Assembly: GCF_001194135.2 (NCBI RefSeq)
Contig: NC_068986.1
Span: forward strand, 75,159,326-75,197,671
Reading direction: 5' to 3'
DNA: 38,346 nucleotides
Source: Octopus bimaculoides
Lineage: Eukaryota
The first letter of the stretch is position 1. Every line of letters begins with the position of its first letter. Made by a program: the position numbers and the translations under genes. Shown here in pieces: positions 1 through 11,925 of the stretch. Below the pieces are notes generated by a model. That model did not search any database, was not told the origin of the DNA, and was given only the letters and a program-made list of their open reading frames with translations.

Positions 1-113
1 TACTTATTTTATCGACTCTTACAGGATGAAAAGCGAAGTCAACCTCGGTGTAATTTGAAATCAGAACGTAAAGACGGGCAAAATGCGTTATTTTGCCCGG
101 TGTGTTAATAATC
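1..113 (-). mobile_element. SINE family A, partial diverged copy (cut by window start, abuts next copy)
   Basis: Reverse complement aligns to the other family A copies over the B-box (gatttcaaattacaccgaggttgac) and central domain (cttttcatcctgtaagagtcgataaaataagta). Confidence 0.75.
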
Positions 114-348
114 CTTATTTCTTTATTGCCCACAAGGGGCTAAACATAGAGGGGACAAACAAGGACAGACAAAGGGATTAAGTCGATTACATCGACACCA
201 GTGCGTAACTGGTACTTATTTAATCGACCCCCAAAGGAGGAAAGGCTAAGTCGACCTCAGCGGAATTTGAACTCAGAACGTAGCGGCAGACGAAATACCG
301 CTAAACATTTCGCCCGGCGTGCTAACGATTCTGCCAGCTCGCTGCCTC
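114..348 (-). mobile_element. tRNA-derived SINE family A, full copy with tail type 1
   Basis: Reverse complement starts ggcagcgagctggcagaatcgttagcacgccggg, has B-box gagttcaaattccgc, central gtcgacttagcctttcc..gggtcgattaaataagtaccagtt and tail ..gcccttgtgggcaataaagaaataag; multiple copies in window. Confidence 0.9.
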
Positions 349-354
349 AGTATC

Positions 355-570
355 AATAATTATGGTTTCAAATTTCAGTACAAGGTCAACAATTCTAAGA
401 GGAGGGAGAAGTTTAATATATCCACCTTAGCACTTGACTGGTATATTATTTTATCGATGTTGAAAGGATAAAAGGTAAAGTCGACCTCGGTGGTATTTAA
501 ATTCACAACGTAAAGGGCCGGAAAAGCGACCACTACGCATTTTCTCCGACCCTCTAGCGATTCTGCCAAT
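355..570 (-). mobile_element. SINE family A, diverged copy with tail type 2
   Basis: aaagtcgacctcggtggtatttaaattcacaacgtaaag matches family A; the tail reads ..ccttgtactgaaatttgaaaccataatt on the minus strand. Confidence 0.8.
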
Positions 571-599
571 TTTGAGCAGGCGGTAGTAGTCCAGTAAGT

Positions 600-770
600 T
601 TCAGCTGGCTGTGGTAGTCGATTACATTAATCCGAATACTTAACTAATACTTAATTTTATTCATCTCGAATATTTGAATTAGAAAGTTGACATTGGCAGA
701 AATCGAAATCCATTTGTAAAGAGCTGCAAAAATTCTACAAGATATTTTGCCTGATATTCTAAAGATTTTA
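600..770 (-). mobile_element. Highly degenerate SINE family A copy
   Basis: Residual motifs agtcgattacatt, atacttaattttattc, aaagttgacattggcagaaatcgaa in family A order. Confidence 0.45.
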
Positions 771-802
771 ACAAGGAAATAAAATATTTATTAGCCAGAG
801 GA

Positions 803-1035
803 AGTATTAATACCGAGAGGTAGTATTTATCCACACTTAAACATGGATGTTCCGTTAGAACAAACTATACTGCGATAGTTAACAGGAAAGAACCTCTCAT
901 ATTGGCTTTTTCGATAAATCCCCACATCCTCCTGCACAGAGAATACCAGAACATGGGATTTCTACCTTGTTTAGCCTTGTCAATGAAGGATACTCGACCG
1001 CTAGAGGCAGCAGCAATTCATCTCCCCGCCAGTGA
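803..1035. mobile_element. Small non-autonomous element, relative of 1991-2260
   Basis: 803-858 aligns with 1991-2047 (agtattaatacc..atttatcc.cacttaaa..tg.atgttc.gttaga); 982-1035 aligns with 2087-2135. Confidence 0.5.
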
Positions 1036-1140
1036 TATATATATATATATGTGTGTTTGTGTGTGTGTGCGTGTGTGTATTGCTAGGAAAGACAACAAAA
1101 GAAAGGAATTTATCTTTAAAAATATGTGACACTTATTCGG

Positions 1141-1215
1141 TAGCCATGATAAAACTCCGAGTTTCGGATGCCGGGGTGGGTGGTCCACGCCAACATCTCT
1201 TCAGTTATCCGGCCA
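1141..1215 (-). ncRNA. Type I hammerhead ribozyme-like motif (HHR1)
   Basis: Minus strand reads UGGCC-G-GAUAA CUGAAGA GAUGUUGG..CCGGCAUC-C GAAA CUCGGAG UU UUAUC-AU-GGCUA. Intact CUGANGA/GAAA core, helix I of 5+5 bp, helix II of 8 bp, palindromic helix III, GUU cleavage triplet. Confidence 0.7.
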
Positions 1216-1798
1216 TTGAGAATTCCTGTGAAAAATGACCGTCAAAAAAAGGAAAATTACTGTATAGAGACCATCATTAAGACTAATANNNNNNNNNNNN
1301 NNNNNNNNNNNNNNNNNNNNNNNNNNNNNNNNNNNNNNNNNNNNNNNNNNNNNNNNNNNNNNNNNNNNNNNNNNNNNNNNNNNNNNNNNNNNNNNNNNNN
1401 NNNNNNNNNNNNNNNNNNNNNNNNNNNNNNNNNNNNNNNNNNNNNNNNNNNNNNNNNNNNNNNNNNNNNNNNNNNNNNNNNNNNNNNNNNNNNNNNNNNN
1501 NNNNNNNNNNNNNNNNNNNNNNNNNNNNNNNNNNNNNNNNNNNNNNNNNNNNNNNNNNNNNNNNNNNNNNNNNNNNNNNNNNNNNNNNNNNNNNNNNNNN
1601 NNNNNNNNNNNNNNNNNNNNNNNNNNNNNNNNNNNNNNNNNNNNNNNNNNNNNNNNNNNNNNNNNNNNNNNNNNNNNNNNNNNNNNNNNNNNNNNNNNNN
1701 NNNNNNNNNNNNNNNNNNNNNNNNNNNNNNNNNNNNNNNNNNNNNNNNNNNNNNNNNNNNNNNNNNNNNNNNNNNNNNNNNNTTAAAAGTTTAAAAAC

Positions 1799-1841
<43 letters not shown>

Positions 1842-1858
1842 TATAATGAAGGAGGCCG

Positions 1859-1916
1859 GTTTATGGGGTTACCCTGGGTTTCTCGCCTTACGGCGTCGTA
1901 TCTTCAGGCTCCAAAC
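1859..1916 (-). ncRNA. Degenerate type I hammerhead-like motif (HHR2)
   Basis: Minus strand reads GUUUGGAGC CUGAAGA UACGA-CGCC-GUAA-GGCG-A GAAA CCC-A-GGG UA ACCCC-AU-AAAC. Core and palindromic helix III present; helix I and the base of helix II are imperfect. Confidence 0.45.
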
Positions 1917-1990
1917 ATAGCAACTGCTACTTATTTTATGTCGCGTTCAGCCACTTAGCTTATTAAAATATATATATCTGTGACAGGCGC

Positions 1991-2260
1991 AGTATTAATA
2001 CCAAGACGTAATATTTATCCCCACTTAAATGTGAATGTTCTGTTAGATACCATGAGAGAAGCAGGAGAAAAACACGAGATCTGGTGGACTCGGCGCTGTC
2101 GGTAGTGGGGATTTATCTCCCCACTAGCGATATAAACAAGAGTGCATTTTGCGCCAAAAAGCCAATATGACAGTTTATCTCATGGGATCTACCACAGCGT
2201 AGTTTGCTCAAATAGAACATCCACGCTTAAGGGGAGATAAACGTTGCCTCATGGAAATAC
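1991..2260. mobile_element. MITE-like element with ~55-bp degenerate terminal inverted repeats and an internal hairpin
   Basis: 1991-2047 is an imperfect reverse complement of 2202-2260; 9-bp stem tagtgggga/tccccacta at 2103-2126. Confidence 0.55.
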
Positions 2261-3454
2261 CGTACACTCTAAAATGTCGACCAAAAGTCTTTTCCGACTT
2301 CAATTTCTGTTATATCTCTGTCTTATGTGACACAAATTTATTTAATTACCCTTCATCATCATCGTTTCACTAACATTTGTGAGAAAAGGCATGAGTGGCA
2401 CATCATGGATTATTGTGCATTGTGTATAATTAATTAATTGTAATTATGATTATTTAACCAGTTTTAGTGAACATATTGACTTTGCTACAAAGGGTTATTT
2501 AGTGCTTTCTTTTATTTTAAACATCAAGAATTAGACCATGCTGGAACACTNNNNNNNNNNNNNNNNNNNNNNNNNNNNNNNNNNNNNNNNNNNNNNNNNN
2601 NNNNNNNNNNNNNNNNNNNNNNNNNNNNNNNNNNNNNNNNNNNNNNNNNNNNNNNNNNNNNNNNNNNNNNNNNNNNNNNNNNNNNNNNNNNNNNNNNNNN
2701 NNNNNNNNNNNNNNNNNNNNNNNNNNNNNNNNNNNNNNNNNNNNNNNNNNNNNNNNNNNNNNNNNNNNNNNNNNNNNNNNNNNNNNNNNNNNNNNNNNNN
2801 NNNNNNNNNNNNNNNNNNNNNNNNNNNNNNNNNNNNNNNNNNNNNNNNNNNNNNNNNNNNNNNNNNNNNNNNNNNNNNNNNNNNNNNNNNNNNNNNNNNN
2901 NNNNNNNNNNNNNNNNNNNNNNNNNNNNNNNNNNNNNNNNNNNNNNNNNNNNNNNNNNNNNNNNNNNNNNNNNNNNNNNNNNNNNNNNNNNNNNNNNNNN
3001 NNNNNNNNNNNNNNNNNNNNNNNNNNNNNNNNNNNNNNNNNNNNNNNNNNNNNNNNNNNNNNNNNNNNNNNNNNNNNNNNNNNNNNNNNNNNNNNNNNNN
3101 NNNNNNNNNNNNNNNNNNNNNNNNNNNNNNNNNNNNNNNNNNNNNNNNNNNNNNNNNNNNNNNNNNNNNNNNNNNNNNNNNNNNNNNNNNNNNNNNNNNN
3201 NNNNNNNNNNNNNNNNNNNNNNNNNNNNNNNNNNTTATTGACTAACTAACCATTCGATCAGATTTTGATTTCTTGCTTATAAACTTAAAATAACCGATTC
3301 ATAGAGATTAGTAGATTGCACAGCATCCTACCAAATTGAATGAGTATGAAGAATACAAGTAAAATGTTATCACCTTATTTGTGAATCGAAATCGTTGTTT
3401 CGAATTTCGTTGCTTGGGAGCTTTCGTCTTTATTTAAGCATAGACACTCAGCTG

Positions 3455-3795
3455 TATCTTTTACCTTTTAGCTTCTATTTATATCAGTCATCGGCTGGAT
3501 TACCGCCTTGAAGGGGTTTAGTCGAAAGTAGTGACCCCCAGTACTTACGTTTTAAACTTTTTTTTTTTTTTCATTCTATCCAAATATTTTGCCGAACCGC
3601 TAATTTGCAGGGACGTAAACAATCCAACACCAGTAATCAAGCGGTAATGAAGACTTCCACAAAGGCACAAACACATAGATATAGATATATACATATGTAT
3701 TTATATGTGTAACTACATCTGTATTTATCACTCTGTCTGTCTACGTGCATCTATAAGTGCGTGTGAGTGAGTGTATGTATGTATGTATATCTACA

Positions 3796-3840
<45 letters not shown>

Positions 3841-4020
3841 NNNNNNNNNNNNNNNNNNNNNNNNTATATATACACGAAGGGCTTATGTCAGTCTGCCTAT
3901 TAAATCCACTCTCAAGGTTTTGGTCGGCTGGGGACAATAGCAGAAGATTCTTGCCCAAGGTGCTATGCAGAGGGACTGAACCCGTTATTAAGGCATACAC
4001 ACAACTACACTCAGCTATGC
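3455..4020 (-). mobile_element. SINE family B, diverged copy split by an internal microsatellite and gap
   Basis: Tail part (ttttgccgaaccgctaa..gggacgtaaac) and head part (aaatccactctcaaggttttggtcggc..cttgcccaaggtgc..gggactgaaccc) are both reverse complements of 11506-11925. Confidence 0.75.
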
Positions 4021-5243
4021 AGCTAAATACTTCATAGGATTTCCCTCTGCTTTATATGAATGCTTATTTTGTTGTAATTTTTTTTATTACTTTAATATTT
4101 TGGTTTTGTATTATATTTCTATTGCTATTATCGTTTTTATTTAAAATTTGCTTGTTGTTGTTGTTGTTGTTTTTCATTAGCACTCAAAGTGGGGTTGAAA
4201 TCGATTTTCATTTTCTCGAAGAAAGAAATTTAAACTTGTCTCGAAGCTATTTACGCAAATATCTCTTGTATTCAACAATGTCATTTGAGAATTTAGACTT
4301 GTTAAAATTCCGTGAGATTTCTCATGTAATTAGTTCTGCAGACAATGCTTTCAAAACATCAAAACAGACAGTGGATTCTCTTGCAAAACACTTTAATAAT
4401 TTTAAAGGTTTGCCACAACAACATTCATTCATTCATTCATTTGTTCAATCATTCTATCAAGATTTTTATTTATATATTTTATTTTATTTTATTTTGTTCT
4501 GTGCTAGCTTCTTTGTGTATTTTGAGGATTATTTGACGATCTATATGAACCGGGTGTACACATGTAAGGAGGCGTGTAAGTGTTATTAGCTATATAAGTG
4601 GTAACTACACGACTCTACGTACGCACGCGCGTTTGTGCGTATATGTATGTGTTAAAAATGTTAATCCTTGATGAATTTGGTAAAGGACGATAATTCTTCA
4701 ACGTTCGCCAAAAATTATTATTAAACTGTAGAGGCGAAAGGAAGAAGAAAACGTAGGAGGAGATGATGATGATGATGATCGTCATCATCATCCTCATCAT
4801 CATCATAATAGATGCTGATTTTTAATTGCTAAAACAGCTTATCGCGATATTTCAACTGAGTATACTAAAAAATCTGAATTGTTCAGAGACAGACGTTAAA
4901 TCCATCGGCATAGAAACAGTCACCGCTGATAATGACTTTTATAACGTTTAAATAATACTGAGTCGACGATAAAATTGAAAAATTACAGCGTACGCATATG
5001 CAAATGCGTTGATATCCCTTGTGGATTATCCTAAATATATTTCGATGTATTCCGATCTAAAGTTGCATACGACAACATCGACTTTACACTCACTTTATGG
5101 CTAAAAGAAGTAAGTTATAAATATAAACCCAAATGGTAGCTCTGAATGTTCCAATGTTTTTGGGGTTTTTTTAATGCGAATTATTAACACGTTTTTACTC
5201 GAAACACTAACTGTCAACAGTCCTTCGTTGTGATGCCATAGTA

Positions 5244-5560
5244 GGTACACCGTCGATTACGACGACGAGTGCTCCAGTTGATGCGGTCAACGGAACAGCC
5301 TGCTCCTGAAATTAACATGCAAGTTATGTGTACCCTTACCAGATACGCGTACCCTTAGCATAGTTCTCAGGGAATTCAGCGTGACACATAATGTGACAAG
5401 ACCGGCCATTTTGGAATGCAGGTACAACTCATTTCTACCAGCGTGGACTGGAGCAACGTGGAATAAAGTGTCGTGCTCAAGGACACAACGCGTCCCCGGG
5501 AATCGAACTCACGAACTAACGATTGTGAGCCGAATACCCTAACCACTAAGCCACGCGCCA
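5244..5560 (-). mobile_element. tRNA-derived SINE family C, full copy
   Basis: Reverse complement begins ggcgcgtggcttagtggttagggt (A-box), then gagttcgattcc (B-box), then ttgtgtccttgagcacgacacttt; aligns end to end with 15450-15765. Confidence 0.88.
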
Positions 5561-6417
5561 TATTATATAACAAACATGACTGTTAATCCCTAAACATTTT
5601 TTCTCCCTCCGTTTTCTTTCTTTTTTTTTTCGTTCGGTCTCCTATTTTTTTACTCTTAATCCTTTCTCTCGAAGGGCGTAGGCTCGAAACGCCAAAGACT
5701 TTGCTTTCTATAAATTTGAACTATGCTTTAATATAGTAGTATCAGCAGATATAATTAAATAGTCAATGGCATGATCGTGATGTAACTGATATAATTTTCC
5801 TTGGCTTGTGCACTCGAGTGAATTTTTATCAAACATGGTTGATATAAGACAATTGATAACTTCCTAGTTCTCTATCCACTTCGATTTGATGCTTGTATGA
5901 GGACGTAAGCGGCAGGTATCTGGTTATTATAATATTGTTCTTTCGAGCAGCAATCATGATTCCTTTTACTGAATATCTTCTTGTAACGTCTTGTTTCTTA
6001 TCTTTGCTTTCCCGTAATTTTTTTCTTTTTTTTTTTTTTTTTGGTTTGAGAAATTCAAAGTCAGCATCATTTTATCTATATGCTGCTCTTATCAGGTTTT
6101 AAACACAAAGTCCAAAAAATTCTGATAAAACTCTCAGTAGAAATACTGACCGGCATTAACATAACTAGATGCTTTGTATCTTATCTGAACGAAGATAAAA
6201 CACTAAGAAATATTATGAGATTGTAACTCTGGGTTACATCACTTTGAAGCATCTTTATTTTGCAATTCTTTGTATACAGGATTTGTCGCCCAGGAGCAAA
6301 ACGATACTCTACATGTCCAGGTTTTATATACTGATCTGTGAAGCAACTTAAAGTCATTTATTTGTTTTGAACAATCTCGTTAAGGCAGAGAGGTACTTTA
6401 TTTAAATACATTGCTTG

Positions 6418-6457
<40 letters not shown>

Positions 6458-7564
6458 NNNNNNNNNNNNNNNNNNNNNNNNNNNNNNNNNNNNNNNNNNN
6501 NNNNNNNNNNNNNNNNNNNNNNNNNNNNNNNNNNNNNNNNNNNTATATATATATATATATATATTCTCCCTCTCTTCCTCTTTCTGTTTTTCCTTTCTTT
6601 CTTCTCTCTCCCTTTCTCCCCTCTTGTCGAATTTCAATTTGTAGTCTTACTATCTTTGTATTACTGTTGCTGGATTTAAGAATGTCTGCGAAGCTCAGTT
6701 TTTGTTCAACGGAGAATTAATACAGAAACGATTTAGAGATTATCGCTCCTCAAAACATACAACATCTTAAAACTGACCATGCCACCCATCCCTAAATACA
6801 AGACTTGCATTTTTGAGGAAGAGTATGAAATAAAATATTAATTTGTAACACTTTACTAAACACATTGTCCAATCACTTCTGTCCATAACACATCCAGCTT
6901 ATCAAATCTAGATTTTTATTCACATATTGAATTAGATGAACATTCTACTAGTCACTTTTCCCAATCGATATAGAGTCAACTTAAGCGAGATGGAACTACA
7001 TCCAACACCTTACAGAAACCAGTTTCTAACGTTATAGTTTTATATATTCGAACGGAGATAAATCCAGAATGTTCAATCCGGTTTTAGAGTTTAAACTAAA
7101 TCGTTTCCAGAATTAATCTTGCTCTGTTCGCTAGTCAGATTCTTTCTCCAATCTCTCATTTAGTGTTGCCATAGAATAACAGGGAAATAACGATAGAAGA
7201 GAATGGAGTTGAGAGCGTCGAGGGGTGGAGGAACGAGAAAGGAGAGAACTAAACTACAGTCACGCATCAGCATGAATATCAACAACAAAAATTATAAAAT
7301 GATTATAACAACAAAATGTAAGACGACAACGCAATGGATGCTAACACCGTCGACAGCGCCTCGCTACTTCGGTGCAGAGGCACTGTTATCTACTTATTGA
7401 TTGCCTTGTGTGGGAAATTGAAAAATCTGCCCACATCTTACAGTTAATTGGATGTTTTAATATTGGCCCTGTTCAGCTGTCTTTTGAACGATACAGTGAA
7501 AGTGAGGAAAGAAGAGGGTTTGGCAATGCGTGCAGGCATTCAGCAGTGTCTGCTAGACTAGCTG

Positions 7565-7632
<68 letters not shown>

Positions 7633-7949
7633 TCTCTTTATCTCTCTCTCTCTCCCTCTCTCTCTTTCTCTCACAGTACATATATTTATATATGTGCATA
7701 TGTGAGTGCATGTGTGAGTATGCATGTGCTCATATCCCTAAAGAAAATTGAACAAAATGACACGACTCCCACACATGCGCAAAGGTACGCATATATATAC
7801 ATATATATATATACATACATACATTGATATACAGCTGATATTTACATATACATATATATAATACATATATGTGTGTGTGTGTTTATACGCATACATTACA
7901 TATACAAATATACAAATGAGTGAGTATATATATATATATACATATATAT

Positions 7950-8020
<71 letters not shown>

Positions 8021-8220
8021 TGTATGTAGCAAGGTGGCAAATAGGGCGAGAGAGAGAGAGAGAGATAAAAAAGAGGAAATGAACACGTAGGACATACGCA
8101 TGCATGCATTTGAGCATTTATGTTTGACATACACACACACACACTGATACACACTCACACATACACATACACCCATCACGCACTCACGCATCCATACAAA
8201 CACACAGACAAACAAGTCAC
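7565..8220. repeat. Compound microsatellite tract (CT)n, (TA)n, (TATG)n, (GA)n, (CA)n
   Basis: Directly visible simple repeats. Confidence 0.95.
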
Positions 8221-9130
8221 ACACAAACGTTAATGCCAGTATGTTTGCGGATGAATGTGTAAAGCTGCATANNNNNNNNNNNNNNNNNNNNNNNNNNNNN
8301 NNNNNNNNNNNNNNNNNNNNNNNNNNNNNNNNNNNNNNNNNNNNNNNNNNNNNNNNNNNNNNNNNNNNNNNNNNNNNNNNNNNNNNNNNNNNNNNNNNNN
8401 NNNNNNNNNNNNNNNNNNNNNNNNNNNNNNNNNNNNNNNNNNNNNNNNNNNNNNNNNNNNNNNNNNNNNNNNNNNNNNNNNNNNNNNNNNNNNNNNNNNN
8501 NNNNNNNNNNNNNNNNNNNNNNNNNNNNNNNNNNNNNNNNNNNNNNNNNNNNNNNNNNNNNNNNNNNNNNNNNNNNNNNNNNNNNNNNNNNNNNNNNNNN
8601 NNNNNNNNNNNNNNNNNNNNNNNNNNNNNNNNNNNNNNNNNNNNNNNNNNNNNNNNNNNNNNNNNNNNNNNNNNNNNNNNNNNNNNNNNNNNNNNNNNNN
8701 NNNNNNNNNNNNNNNNNNNNNNNNNNNNNNNNNNNNNNNNNNNNNNNNNNNNNNNNNNNNNNNNNNNNNNNNNNNNNNNNNNNNNNNNNNNNNNNNNNNN
8801 NNNNNNNNNNNNNNNNNNNNNNNNNNNNNNNNNNNNNNNNNNNNNNNNNNNNNNNNNNNNNNNNNNNNNNNNNNNNNNNNNNNNNNNNNNNNNNNNNNNN
8901 NNNNNNNNNNNNNNNNNNNNNNNNNNNNNNNNNNNNNNNNNNNNNNNNNNNNNNNNNNNNNNNNNNNNNNNNNNNNNNNNNNNNNNNNNNNNNNNNNNNN
9001 NNNNNNNNNNNNNNNNNNNNNNNNNNNNNNNNNNNNNNNNNNNNNNNNNNNNNNNNNNNNNNNNNNNNNNNNNNNNNNNNNNNNNNNNNNNNNNNNNNNN
9101 NNNNNNNTATATCCATATATGTTACATATA

Positions 9131-9184
<54 letters not shown>

Positions 9185-9906
9185 AACTTACATGTATACA
9201 TACATTATGCATACATACACCGTACATACATATGCGCATATATATATGTGAAGGCCTGTGTTATATATTTGGTATATGTACGTACCGTACGTATGTTGCT
9301 ACAATTAAATATATGTGTATGAAGGAAAGCTGTCGAAATATCTCTAGGGAAATATGACAGCGAGGCAAGTTTTAATTTTGAATTATAGAATATCACGAGA
9401 GTTATTTACGTGGAGCCCGTAGATGGCAAATTCTTCCACAATAATGCGATTTCCAACAAATGAATTTCTTGTCATTTTAGCAGTCAGGTATATAAAGAAT
9501 CAATAAAGCACTCCTACACATACATACCTACTTACATTGTGTGCGTATTTATATAAAGCAATGCAAAATGACGATTATACACTGCGTGTGTTACTTTAAG
9601 TTTCATGTCTTGTTCAAGATGGGAAACAGTGTGTTGTAATCCAGTGCCCAGCATGGACAGATTTTGAAATTATGCAAACCCCTATCCATACAGAAAAATA
9701 TCCCACTTCTGCTGCGTAGGGAAAGTAACTATAGTCATTTCTGCCATTACATATACATACCTGCACTCTCATACACACACATACATACATATACACTCAC
9801 ACACACACACATATATGTATATATATATATATATGTGTGTGTACTAATACACCTGCTTGTCGTTCATACACCTGTCTTCGTCTTTTGTTTTTCTGTAAAT
9901 TTCAAC

Positions 9907-10020
<114 letters not shown>

Positions 10021-10663
10021 CATATATCATATACGATATTTATTCTCGACTACTATTTTAATTGACGTAAATAAACTTGGCTTTAAGTAGTGCTGATATA
10101 ACATTTTTAAGGAACTGAAATCGTAGTAATTTTTCTCATCGCAATTTTGCATTAAGTGTTCTAGATAATTCTAAAAGCATAATCATGAAAGGTATTTTAA
10201 ATAATAAATATTGAACAAAGAAAATTAGTATGCCATAAACAAAACATGAAAACTGAATTACTTATACTTGAAGACATTCGTTTAAATCTACCCATCTTCC
10301 CATTCAAGAGATTGAAGAGACAAGAACCACGCCCATGATACATTGTGAGGTATACAATTGGTAAAAATCTATCAAACAGAAAGCAACAATTTAATAAGGC
10401 GTGGGCTGAAAACCATTTACAGTAGCACTCCTGTTGGAATTCTACCTTTGCAAAAGCTTTTAGTTAAGTTGAACTGCCAATTATGTTTACACTGGCCAAG
10501 AAATTCTTCATATTTGAAAATAAGACGACACATGACAAGCCATCCAAAGTTCAATGCCGTTCCTATATCATTGATCTCAAATGGCAATTCAGAATTTTCT
10601 TTTGAATAGGATGAACTTTTTGTAAAACAGATGTCGCTCCAAGACAACAAAGGCACCAACAAA

Positions 10664-10790
10664 ATGGCGATTAAAGTGATTACAATAAATATCAGAGGTT
10701 ATTCTTCTTCTGACATCTAGGAATGTTACTGAACGTTGTAGACTACTTGTTTTCTAAAAGCAAATGAACTCTCCGATCAAGAAGTTGAAT
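10664..10790 (+). pseudogene. Possible decayed N-terminus of a LINE ORF2 apurinic-like endonuclease
   Basis: ATG at 10664 gives MAIKVITINIRG, resembling the first beta-strand motif of LINE endonucleases (xxxT(L/I)N(V/I)xG). A frameshifted VDYLF segment follows; several stops. Confidence 0.3.
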
Positions 10791-11505
10791 TGCTAATGCG
10801 ACGCTTATTGTTCGGTCGAAATCTTTCTGTTTGTATTCTTGTCTCAGTATCAACAATCCTGTAACACTTAAGTTATCAGAATATCATAATATATAAACTA
10901 TGCATTCAAAGAATTTTACTATAATACATCTACCTTATTTCTTTCTCTGTCATTTCGTAAATATTTCGTTAAATGAACTGAAGATTATCAAATTATAATG
11001 TTCACAAACATTATATTTTAGGGCACATAATAAGAAATAATAATTAGTAAAATTTAAGTGGAGCTAAAATGTACTACAAGATAACTCTTATAATCGCAGT
11101 GAGAAGGATTCTTCAATGCTACATGTGAAAGAGAGAACTGCCAATACGAGAGAGCTTGGTCTTCTCCCCACACTTTTTGATATTAAAAATAAAACCCTGG
11201 CACAACATCTATAGCAACACGAACCAAAGCAATTTTCCTGTTACTATACAGTATAATGTATAATATATTCCTTTATTGGGAGCCAGCCATTTTGTAAGAA
11301 TACAATGCATAGAACACACAATGTGTGTATACCATCGAGTTATTAGCACTAGTGCTGAAAATACGAATCGCCCTCAGAGATGTTCCAGCACAGATCTATA
11401 CACGTCTTTCGATACATCTCTTTTTTTTTCCGTTTACTAATATCATTGTAAGTAACACAAGATATTGTTCCTACAATTATGTATTATTTATTAGCTCCAT
11501 ATCAT

Positions 11506-11925
11506 AGGCGCAGGAGTGGCTGTGTGGTAAGAAGCTTGCTTACCAACCACATGGTTCCGGGTTCAGTCCCACTGTGTGGCACCTTGGGCAAGTGCCTTCT
11601 ACTATAGCCTCGGGCTGACCAAAGCCTTGTGAGTGGATTTGGTAGACGGAAACTGAAAGAAGCCCGACGTATATATGTATATATATATATATATATATAT
11701 ACATATATGTATGTGTGTGTTTGTGTTTGTCCCCCTAGCATTGCTTGACAACCGATGCTGGTGTGTTTATGTCCCCGTCACTTAGCGGTTCGGCAATTGA
11801 GATCGATAGAATAAGTTCTAGGCTTACAAAGAATTAGTCCCGGTGTCGATTTGCTCGACTAAATGTGGTGCTCCAGCATGGCCGCTGTCAAATGACTGAA
11901 ACAAANNNNNNNNNNNNNNNNNNNN
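11506..11925 (+). mobile_element. tRNA-derived SINE family B, near-complete young copy
   Basis: Head aggcgcaggagtggctgtgtggtaag, B-box ggttcagtccc, CORE-like ccttgggcaagtg, internal (TA)/(TG) tract at 11671-11720, tail ..gctccagcatggccgctgtcaaatgactgaaacaaa ending at a gap. Confidence 0.9.

Noticed and set aside
3385-3435. Minus-strand gacga..gaaa-ttcgaa
   Set aside because: Core begins AAGACGA, no U16.1 and no helix I
4056-4589. 177-aa hydrophobic ORF
   Set aside because: Phe/Ile/Leu richness is explained by T-rich low complexity and (TTG)n, (TTCA)n repeats; no recognisable domain
4998-5005. Octamer motif ATGCAAAT
   Set aside because: An AT-rich 8-mer is expected by chance in a window of this size
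10417-10662. Minus-strand ORF with a signal-peptide-like start
   Set aside because: Starts at TTG shortly after an in-frame stop, has no family motif and overlaps the possible LINE relic on the other strand
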